The notes below the pieces were generated by a model. That model was given only the letters and a program-made list of their open reading frames with translations. It had not been told where the DNA came from and did no database searches. Positions 10,301-19,283 of a DNA stretch of 20,000 bases are shown here, one piece after another. The number at the start of each line of letters is the position of its first letter. Positions within the stretch are counted from its first letter, which is position 1. Source of the stretch: Euglena gracilis (taxonomy: Eukaryota). The DNA is taken from assembly GCA_039621445.1 (NCBI GenBank), contig CP154954.1, positions 10,984,670-11,004,669 of the forward strand. Direction: 5' to 3'. The position numbers and the translations under genes were made by a program.

Positions 10301-12868
10301 GATGAACCTCTGGCGCGAAGGAGACGTGAGGCGTCAGTCGCTTCCACCACTGCGATTCCGCGGCGGGAGGAACGCGACCGCAGCCCCTCCGTCACCATAC
10401 TGGAGGCAGCGCCGCCGTCTCCGACAGGAACGGCTGTATCATTCGTCTCTGCCCCGCGAGCGGCAGGGGAACGATCGGTTTCCCCGGCCCCCGCGACGGC
10501 TCACGTCTGTCCACCGGTAGGTGGAGACCAGGAACTTCCTGAGGAGGAAGGTGAGAACGTGGAGGATATCCTCTACGCTGCTCTGCATGCTCCGGCACAG
10601 CCTAGGCCAGACACAGCACCCGCAGGGGATATACCTGTGGATGCTACGCCTGTTCCAACGGCTGAGCCTCCAGTCGAGGTGACTGGTATGGTCGTCGAGG
10701 ATATCCTCGAAGAACCTGCCAGTCCCACAGCACGCACCTCGTTAGGAGGCCGTGTGCTCGGCGCCGTGGTCACTGGCATTACTGCCGTGGCTGCTGCACT
10801 AACGCCACGAGGTGGAGGCGTAGCATCAAGCTCCGCCGCTGAGGTCGTGGAGACACCAGATGTCGGTGTCCCCACACCTCCGTCTCCGGCAGCAGTGCAA
10901 CCACCATCAGGGGATGAACCCCAGCCGACAGAGACATCTGTCGCACCGGCTACACCGGAGGATCAACCTCCCGTAGCACCTGCGCCAGCGGTTGTGGAGG
11001 ATCAACCTCCTAGACCGGATGTCGAAATGGAAGTGGAAGAAATACCCCCACGACCACCGACACCGCGCAGGGTCCCTGCCGTCCCGAGGACAATGGCAGA
11101 GTTTCTGGGAGTGCCAGCGCCTGTGGAAGCACCGATTCCGGTGACGACCACAGTGCCACGCCTCGTCGGAAAGGATGAACCTGCTCGGCGACGGCCGGCT
11201 GAACAACCCCAGGAACGAGTGCCGACCCCTCGGAGCGTCATGCGCGACCCAGCGGTCAGTATGCCCGCTTCGCCCAGACGGCAAACGTCTACTCCGGCAC
11301 CGTCGGCTCCTGATACCAGGAGTAAGCCGCAGGCGTCACCTCCTGATTCCGGGAGTGCGAAGCCGAAAGGAGGCAAACCGGGTGCTGCACCCTGTAAGCC
11401 CCCTTCCAAAGGCGGTGACGGGAAACCACCACCGAAAGGTGGCGCTGGAGGTCAGACTGGCGGACAGCCGAAAGGCCCTACGACAATGCACGACTATTCG
11501 GCCGTTGCATCGTCCGGGTACGGCCAGAGCAAACCGAAAGGTAAGGCTCGTGGTCGACAGGCCCAGTCTTCCGCCGGATCGACGGATGAGGAGCAGGACG
11601 AACCTGCTTCACCTCCTGTGTCTGCGGATGCCCAGCTCTGGACCCAGGATATCCTGACCAGACTCAGCACCGTCGAAGAGAGGACGAAGAAACTGGCTGC
11701 TATTAGGCACCAGAAAGGGTCACTGAATCGATGGATTCAGCCCCTCTTCGTCCGAGGAGAACCTTTCCACTATGCCCCGGAACATACCTGGACATTCTGG
11801 AACAGGCGCTTACCCAGAGTACTGGCACAGTACTTTGGCGAGGACTGCGTGTTGGATTTCCAGCACGGCACGTCCTTTGCCTGGACGTGCACCGTATGCC
11901 ACCATGTGCGGCATAACCAACCGCTTGTGCATGTGTGCAAGCGGCAGGTGCAACCCTCGTGGTTCCATCACAGGGCATATGTGCCGAACTGTGTGGCGCT
12001 CGTATGTGGCGAGTGCCTGAATGCCTGGAAGCACAGCTTGAACTACTCCTACAGTGAGAATGCTCACGACAGGGATATCCCTGCCTTGTGCATCAACTGT
12101 ATAGGAGGCAAGTTCGTGCAGACTGCTGATGGAGCAGTCACCACCATTGTCCCCCAGCACTGGGAGACACTGGAGAAGTGGAAGAAGGAGTACAAGCAGG
12201 TGGAAGGACGCCTGAAGCACTCCGACTTCAAAAAGGTAGAAAGCTACCGCCACACGGGAATGGCCCGTGACTTCCAGATCGACGCTGGGGCAATGCGCCT
12301 CGCCGTCGAGGAACACGCCAGGGTAAGAATGCCTTACCTCTGGACTGATGGCGACTGGGAGACACAGGTTTACCCCCTGTTCTCCAAGCGTCAGCATGGC
12401 GGATACGCCTTGCCACTGTGGCCTCCTGAAGAACACGACTTGGTGGACTTCAGAGGTTGGTTGGCGGCTGTATTACGGCCCCATACCGCAAGAGCTCGGA
12501 CAGCGAGGTGGATGTATGACATCAACTTCAAGCAGACCCCGGGGATGCCCCCGCAGGTGCCTGCGAATCACCCCCGGATGAATTACATCATCTGGCCGGT
12601 GATGCTGCCCAGAATTTTCTGGGAGCAGCTCCAACGGTATCTTCAGCATCATGCTGAACGTACCAGGGAGAAGCTGCCGGAAAATTGGATCAAGGACTGG
12701 GAGACCCCTTCCTTTGATGTCAACGATCCGGAGCTCAACACCATTCGGAGTGAATCAGCTCCGCCGCGTTCCCCACGCCAACTGGAGTTGGTTGAGGACC
12801 CATTAGGGGACCCCCAACACGACTACTGGCGTGAGGTCCGCGAACGTCCAGCCGATAAAGGCAGGTAA
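7349..12868 (+). pseudogene. Extra ORF of unknown function in the env position (~1839 codons, two in-frame TGA): Pro-rich disordered tracts, Trp/Cys-rich globular blocks, C-terminal 8-Cys zinc finger
   Basis: ORFs 7349-9619 and 9800-12868 are both frame +2. The gap translates FW*FGVRGSPPPPRDNPGLEMGRRMLMHVCRDAPDVQGKSRRVHKQRIFMLQQFWWRA*TTYVM, with stops only at 9617 and 9785. Could alternatively be two separate CDSs. Confidence 0.75.
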
Positions 12869-12902
12869 GGTGTCTGTCAGCGCCAATGCGGCGTCTTTCA
12901 GC

Positions 12903-12985
12903 ACCCTCGTCAGGTATTCGCCTGACACCCTGTTTGGGTATTCGCCCGAACAGCCCCTTTGAAGACCCTTTGCGGTATTCGCCGC
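12903..12985 (+). repeat. Three tandem hairpins with identical TATTCG loop
   Basis: GTCAGG-TATTCG-CCTGAC (12909-12926), CTGTTTGGG-TATTCG-CCCGAACAG (12930-12953), GCGG-TATTCG-CCGC (12972-12985). Each is preceded by or overlaps ACCCT. Confidence 0.85.
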
Positions 12986-13685
12986 TAGTAAGTTCCCACC
13001 GGGATGCTGCCATGTGCAGGATTCCGTGCGCATGCATGCACACCCCTCTCCGCTCTCCCCTCTCGCGGGCGTGCGACACGCAGCGCACAGGGCCGACGGC
13101 CCCTTTTCCTTTCTCTCTCTTTTCTTTTCGGCCGTTTGAGGCCTTAAGGCTGCCAGACAGCACAACTTTTCTGGCCTAAGCCAACCCCCCACTCCTCTCT
13201 ACTTTCCCCCCGCGGCAAATGCTGTCGCCGGCAGTTGGTTTTGTAGAGTAGGATTTCCTTTTGCGTGGTCAGGTTTGACTGGCCATGCGCCCTGCCCAGG
13301 TTTGACTGGTCAGAGGCCCCCTCCTTCCACACCCTCCCCATGGGTTTTCCTGGAATGCCCATGGACCCAACCCCAAGTGCCTTGGGCACACCCAAACTGG
13401 GTGGATGGGTTTGCTTGGCAAGGAAACCTGCCAGCCCCATTTTCCCCAGTGGGCTATAATATACTATACACCCATAAGCCACCGCAAAATAGGTGAAACC
13501 ATTTTGCGCGTTTTGGGCTTTTTGGGTCCCTCCCTTTCCGCCCCCCCCCCCTTTTTGAGTAGACCCTTGTGCGACGGAAAGGGCCCCTGTGGATGCGCCA
13601 GGGTGCACCTCCCACAGACCAGGTCTGTGTCCGAAATCCCTGTGGTCAGAATGCCTGGTCCAAAGGGGAAATCGGGCATAGCCCT

Positions 13686-13695
13686 GGGAGGGGGA
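13686..13695 (+). other. Polypurine tract (plus-strand primer)
   Basis: GGGAGGGGGA, followed by a 2-nt spacer and then TGTAC. Confidence 0.65.
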
Positions 13696-13697
13696 TG

Positions 13698-14002
13698 TGT
13701 ACCAGGCGTATGCTTCTGTCCCCCCCCCGTTGAGGAAGTTAGGATGGAAGCAGATCCTATTAGGATTTCCTAATGGGTGCCCCCTCTCTCTCCACAGGTG
13801 GTATTCTGTTTGTCTTTCCTTTTCTCCGGACCGGACTTGGTTATCCAGTCCGTCCTCCCTGCATTGCTCCGTGCTTTGCTTCTTGGGAAGTGGGAAAAGG
13901 GTTTTCACTGTTACTCTGATTTTCAGTTCCCAAGTAGGTGCGCCAAGGCGAAAGCGAAGGCTTTTGGGAATTGGGAAAGGGGAATTGGGAATCAGACGTA
14001 CA
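13698..14002 (+). repeat. Candidate 3' LTR (305 bp)
   Basis: Starts TGTAC 2 nt after the PPT and ends GTACA (5-bp terminal inverted repeat, TG...CA). Composition becomes AT-rich afterwards. No partner LTR in the window. Confidence 0.6.
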
Positions 14003-16513
14003 CTTGTATACCCGAATCAAAAAAATTCGGCATATTGCCAAAAAGATCATATTGAGGTGTACAACCGCAGAATTGTGCCAGGCTGCTGCCAATTCACAGA
14101 ACAACTGTGGTTGTTGTGGCTTATACCACTTTGAAAAACCGCAAATGAACTTTGAATGCACATAAAAGGATGGAACATTGTTCAAGTGCAGTGAAATTTA
14201 TCACTCTGTACCTTTCAGTACAATCAGAGGCATGATACCTCCAAAAGCAAAGTGTGTGTATGAAAAATTGTGGGTATCCCCATATTGCGCACAAGAAAAA
14301 AGGAACTATCACAAAAAATACACGGAAGTCAACCACTTCTATGATGGTGGTCTGGCAGGCATGTTCTGTGATAAGCGTGAACTCAATCGAGTTTTTTTTT
14401 TCGACAAGTTGGCCATATAGCCGTCACTGCAGTGGGTGGTGGCATATACCACCAAAAATTACTAAAAATCTCTATTTTTTTGCATAATTGCAAAGAAGCA
14501 CTACAACTATGCCTTTTGGCGTTTTACCGTTTGCGGTGAAGCTTTCAACTGAATAATCGACCTGTTGGTCAACAACGCATGCAATCTGTTACAGAGAATA
14601 TGCAGTTTTTCTGCACGCGTTAGGTTCATAAACTACATTTTTGCACCAATTGGTACTACAAGGGCTAGGAAAAGAACAAAAGCACATAGTGCCGATTGTG
14701 AAACAAGCCGATTGGCTTAAGAGCATTGGTACCATATCGGTATGCTACCACTATGTGGTTTTGGACTGTCCCATTAGGACTAACATCTCACCTAGAACGG
14801 TGACACTGCACACAAAAATCTTGTACGGCTATAAGTATTCCGCGTGAAAAATTCTGAAGGAATCTGAAAAATATTCACGTCGTGAGAGAGCCATAGGCTC
14901 AAAAATTGCACCACGATGGTGGAACGTAAGATATTTCGCCGAATAGCGATTATGGATTCATAAATTTCAAACTGGGAGTTGATTCTCCTGCGCACAAACT
15001 TCTCTATGAGAAAAATAACGGTATGTGCACACTTAAGTCATCTTGATCGATGGCCGAGAAAATGCATTGCGGTTCAAGCATTTTAACTGTCCAACAGAAT
15101 TGGGTGGCTATCGCCACAAATGATGCGGTAACGATAAAAGTGTGGATATCACCACTGAAAAATGAAAAATTTGCATAACAACAAATAAATGAAACATTCT
15201 TCGCATTAGAGGTATCCCACAAAAATTATAGTTTTTTGAAATGCAGCGCATACTGCATCACATCACTAGTATAATGAGCTATCCTCGCGTCAACAAAAAA
15301 AAGTTGAAATTGCACATGTACGCATATTGCGCACACGTGGTCAAAATCACATATTGTGACACTGAGTTCAGACCAGTAGGTTACAAACGACAAAAATGCA
15401 TGAGAAACGGGGGAACTGCACAAAACGACTAATCATCAATGAATATGGTGCTGTGACACGCACCATTTGAGGATTCGCTCGGAAATTTTGAACAGATTGC
15501 GAAATATTCGATGAACACGTGGCAATTGATCCGCATTCAGAAAATTTGCGGATGATCTGCACACGGAATCCTAAATGTGGGTCAAAAAAAGCTGGATTTC
15601 ACCATTTCTGAGGTATGGTTCTTATAAACCTTGCAGAATGACACCATTGGTGTTGCAAATGATGACCATTGGGTCCTCCGAATTATATCGGTAAGGGGAT
15701 CCCACTGAATGAAGCGGGGGGGGGGGGCAAGAATGCCGTTGGTGTGGTAAGCAGGAAAAAATACTGCAAATATGACAAAATCTCATCATTAATGACTATG
15801 CCACTGAGAAATACTGACTTTCATCGGATTTTTAGGGAAATCCCTATCAGGATTTAGGGCAGAAATGCAGATTCTGCGTCGAGAGTTGCATTTTTGTAAC
15901 CAAAAGTGCAACTTTGTTGCATTTTGAGTCATTTAAGACGGAAAATTTGTCAAGTGCACATAGTGCTTGCTGAGAGTGTCCAATTACACTGCATGTTTGC
16001 TTTTGTATAGATTTTGGGATTTGGGTGACTCATAACACCACATCACCCAAAAATATCGCAAAAAACCAAAATACACCTCAAAATACAAGTAAAACATGTC
16101 TATGACATGTTGAACAAACGAAAAATTGCCATTATCAGCATATCGCTTTACATTCCACTCTGGCATAGTGCCTCATGGTGACTTCCATTAGTGATATGAG
16201 TGCCAGAATAGGGAAAAATAACCAAAAAAATTGCAGAAAATAAATGATTTAAATCAAAATTTGCACATAAGTGCTCCTAAAAATCATTCTAGTGAGTCGA
16301 AATGACTCCAAATTGTGGGCTATAGCCCTCTGAACTGTACGAGGCCTTATAGCCCATACAGAAGGGGTAATGGGCAGAATGCTGCCAAAGGTACTAAAAA
16401 ATGGCCATTAGCCAATCTGTTAACCAAAGGTAATTAGCCATCAGAAACGATGTGGGGAACAGTATAGAAGCCTTTCAGGCTGATTTGCAAGTCTGGTACA
16501 CGATCGTACAAGA

Positions 16514-16525
16514 TCCGGCCTAAAA
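16514..16525. repeat. Target-site duplication, left copy
   Basis: TCCGGCCTAAAA matches 18713-18724 at 11/12 positions. Confidence 0.75.
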
Positions 16526-16796
16526 GGACAACTCCCGGTGGTGGGGCGAACCGAATCCACCGACCAGTGGCACAGCCTACTGGATTTGAAGGTCCGCTGG
16601 CGGTTATGATAATTTACAGCTTGGGTATAGGACGGCGGGTGGAAAATGGGCTCGGCCCACCTTCAATACGTTGCGCGAGGATAGAGGGGCGAGGGGGAGC
16701 GGGGAGCTGAAGGGAACGGCAGTGCTGGAGTATAGAGGGGTCGGCGGCAGGGCGGCGGTACGTGGCTTGACGGGGGGAGTGGCGGTGGGTCGTGGT

Positions 16797-16847
16797 TGTG
16801 TGTGTGTGTGTGTGTGTGCTTTGTGGGTTGTTGTTATTGTTGTTGTT
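16797..16847. repeat. (TG)11 microsatellite plus imperfect (GTT)n tract
   Basis: Directly visible: 16797-16818 and ~16827-16847, immediately 3' of the non-LTR ORF stop. Confidence 0.95.
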
Positions 16848-18710
16848 TTATCGGAGAATGTGCTTGGGTTGCAGGAGATGGAAGACTTCGCGTAATAGGG
16901 CGATTGCGACTTTCTGGTAAATATCTGCCTCCTTTAATTCTCGTTCCGCCCCCTGTTGCCAGGACGAGGCGCGTTTCGCCACGCGGCTCAGGGTTTTGGC
17001 TGTCTCGGGCCCCATGCCCGCCCACGTTCCCAGGGCGAAGGGCGTGAAGCCCCAGCCTGCTTGCTGGCATGGGATGTTGTACTTCTGCTTTTTGGCCTCC
17101 TCCCTTCTCTTCAGGAAGGATCTCCACCGTTCGCGGGTGGCAGTGTGTTCAGTCGCCTGCCATCCGTTGCAGACGGTGACATCCAGCGCTGTCGGCTTCC
17201 CGTCAGACCAGCAGTCTAGGAGGAGATCGGCCGGGCGGAGGTGGCTATCTCGGGCCGTTGGCAGGGAAACCTCCTTCTGCACCCGCTGTCCGCTGTTGGA
17301 CAAGGTTTGGAACAGTGCGTCCTGAACAGCGTTGTGGCGGGTGGCAAAGTTATTCCTGCGACAGCAAAGGAGGTGGTCACCTTCCTTGTCCAGGGGCTGG
17401 TTGCATCCCGTGCATGGTTGGCTGACGTCGTTCAGCACCAGGAGACCCAGCCACCACTTCAACCCCAAGGTGTACTCTTCGCTGTAGAAAGTGGTGTGGG
17501 AGTTGTTTGAGGGGGTTGCTGCCATCCAACCATGCCCGAAACCTGTGGCCTGTTCGAGGAGGCGGTTCTTGTCCCGGGGCCGCGCCTGGTCCACCAGGTC
17601 ATCCATCGTCTTCTTGCCCAACTCGTGAGTCCACCACTGGTGCGCTACCTGAGCGTCGGTGACGGACGTGATGGTGGATGCGGCCTTCTCGATTTTGGCG
17701 GCGGCAACCTCCCACGCCGTCTGTGTGGTGTCCGTAGACGCTGGGTGGTCAACTGGGATGCCCAGGACGGTGATGCCTTCCCCTGGGGTCCAAGGGACGA
17801 CTTGCATCCTCTCACAACTCGGCGTACTCCTGGCTCTCGGGCCCCACATGACGCACTTCTGCAGGTTGAGGCCGAGCCCTATTCGATGAGACTCTTGCAT
17901 CAAGAAACGAATGCAGTGCTCAATCCGGTCTGGGGTCCCGACCAGCAAGCCGTCGTCCAAGTACCAGCTGTTCCACAGCAACTGACCATCTTTGGTGATC
18001 TGTTCCAGTAGAGGCTGTAGCGCGAGAGCGAACCCTATGGGGCCCAATGGGCAGCCCTGGTGGGTGCCTCTCTGTGACAGGATCGAGCGACCACCACAGA
18101 ACAAGGGAACGTGCCCACTGTACGCGAATCGCAGAAAATTGAACAAGCTGGGGGTGCGCGTTTCAGCCTCCGTCAGGATCGCCCCTCGGTCCACCGTGTT
18201 GAACGCACTGGAGAAGTCCACCTGGAGAGAAACCCAGGGCGATGTGTCCGCCAGCTGAATGACCAGGTGTTACATACCTAATGCGACGGCCTCAGCCGCG
18301 TTTCGTACCCCAACCCCAACTTGGGTAGGGGCGAGGGTTGCGACCTAGGATCTGGCGTTTGGTGTCTGGAGCAAGGCTTTCCCCACCAAGCGACGGATGG
18401 TTTCCCCAACCGCCACCGGACGTACCCCGTTATCCTTTTTGCGGAGCGGCGTTAGGTTCGCACAGCACCAGGCCGCGGCGTGGTGGGGCGGTAGCTGGCC
18501 GTCCACCAAGGCTTGAGTCAGCAGTGCGAGGGCAGTGATCAGCCTTGCTCCCCGACCTGGTCTCCGCAGGCAGTCTTGGAGGTGGCCTGGTCGCAACCCA
18601 GATGGCGCCGGCGCCGATCCCCGTGGGAAGCGACGGATGGCTTCCTTCAATCTGTCCTCCCAGTCCGGGGTGTGGTTCTCGGGGAAAGGGCGGACGTGAC
18701 GCGGCAGGCG
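16848..18710 (-). pseudogene. RT / zinc finger / restriction-like endonuclease ORF, truncated, two nonsense codons, internal deletion
   Basis: One frame: GSAPAPSGLR, GVRPVAVGETIRRLVGK, QVGVG, VDFSSAFNTVDR, GTHQGCPLGP, YLDD (17952-17963), CTGC-x9-HLLCC, RHNAV, RPADLL..ALDVTV..KKQKY. Stops TAG 18345-18347 and TAA 18270-18272. Confidence 0.92.
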
Positions 18711-18712
18711 AT

Positions 18713-18724
18713 TCTGGCCTAAAA
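18713..18724. repeat. Target-site duplication, right copy
   Basis: TCTGGCCTAAAA lies exactly where the RT reading frame and GC-rich composition end. Confidence 0.75.
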
Positions 18725-19169
18725 TTTGGCTTTTGGCCGGATTGGCTGGGCTTAATTCAATTTTTCACGATCTCCTCAAATAAGAGTACCGTGCAGAGTT
18801 ACAGCGACCTGTTAGCACCGCTGGACGGCTCATCGAACGAGCTTTCGAATGAGGGGTAACATGGCCTATCGGCCAGCTACGGGTGCTGAGATACTTCATT
18901 GATCTTTTGCCTGTGTGAGTGAGCTTTTGCTATAAGCTTCCATAATTTATTCTAGAAAGAGAACTTTTGGTTCCTATCTCATAGGCACTAATACATGCAG
19001 TCAAAACCTCATGGTACGAGGTGCCAGAAATTTTGAAGCTTTTGTGGTGGTTTTGGGCTATGCCAAAGTGACACATATGCAAATGTGCATGAAAAAAGCC
19101 TATTTGGCCTGTTTTGGCCAATTCAGCCACTTTCAGCCATGTAATATGGCTTTTTGTGCCATTTTTTGA

Positions 19170-19283
19170 GGTCCTATGGACTTTTCACTTCATAATATAG
19201 AAAATGTGGATTTGTGGACCTTTGGTCCTTTTGGTCCTTGCATTTTGTGCAAATTGGTCCTATGGACCCATGGACCACGGACC
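19170..19283. repeat. Cluster of eight GGWCC motifs in both orientations
   Basis: GGTCC/GGACC at 19170, 19216, 19224, 19233, 19256, 19264, 19272, 19279. Confidence 0.7.

Larger units (their letters stand above)
1..14002 (+). mobile_element. Ty3/Gypsy (Metaviridae) chromovirus-type LTR retrotransposon, 5' end outside the window, decayed copy with a methyltransferase domain and an extra 3' ORF
   Basis: Domain order Gag(CCHC)-PR-RT-RH-IN-chromodomain is the established chromovirus order. The 3' boundary is inferred from the PPT (13686-13695), a TGTAC...GTACA-bounded segment (13698-14002) and the shift to AT-rich DNA after 14002. The 5' LTR is not visible, so inclusion of 7154-14002 is inference. 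Confidence 0.85.
16526..18712 (-). mobile_element. Non-LTR retrotransposon with restriction-like endonuclease (CRE/SLACS/CZAR-like), 5'-truncated
   Basis: RT plus CCHC plus RLE ORF. Flanked by direct repeats TCCGGCCTAAAA (16514-16525) and TCTGGCCTAAAA (18713-18724). GC-rich relative to flanks. Confidence 0.88.

Noticed and set aside
8239-11310. ESCRT late-domain motifs (PSAP twice, PPDY)
   Set aside because: Expected by chance in such a proline-rich protein, with no other support for budding.
7472-12436. Overlapping antisense and alternate-frame ORFs of 100-226 aa
   Set aside because: Expected shadows of GC-rich coding sequence, with no independent motifs.
7349-12868. Classical envelope glycoprotein
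   Set aside because: No signal peptide or C-terminal anchor. The only hydrophobic stretch (VLGAVVTGITAVAAAL, ~10754-10801) lies inside a disordered region.
12903-12985. CRISPR array or intrinsic terminators
   Set aside because: Only a 10-bp core is shared, there are no spacer-length unique sequences or cas genes, and no U-tracts follow the hairpins.
14936-14949. Minus-strand TCGC-TATTCG-GCGA hairpin resembling the element motif
   Set aside because: Single 4-bp stem, opposite strand, outside the element and lacking the GG/CC core; compatible with chance.
13144-16166. ORF 13144-13908 (-) and short ORFs in the AT-rich region
   Set aside because: No recognisable motifs. The long one is antisense across the UTR, PPT and LTR; the others have random-like composition.
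16526-16600. tRNA gene or tRNA-derived SINE (GGTTCG on the - strand)
   Set aside because: No complete cloverleaf, A box or proper B box could be built.
1-18347. Alternative genetic code explaining the in-frame stops
   Set aside because: Stops are sparse and of all three types. TAG falls at likely Trp positions (616, 5394) and likely Gln positions (1195, 18345), while TGA and TAA also end ORFs normally. Single transitions explain nearly all of them.
616-18347. RIP-like CpA hypermutation
   Set aside because: Transitions that create TAA/TAG necessarily occur at CpA/TpG, so stop contexts are uninformative. The element remains GC- and CpG-rich.
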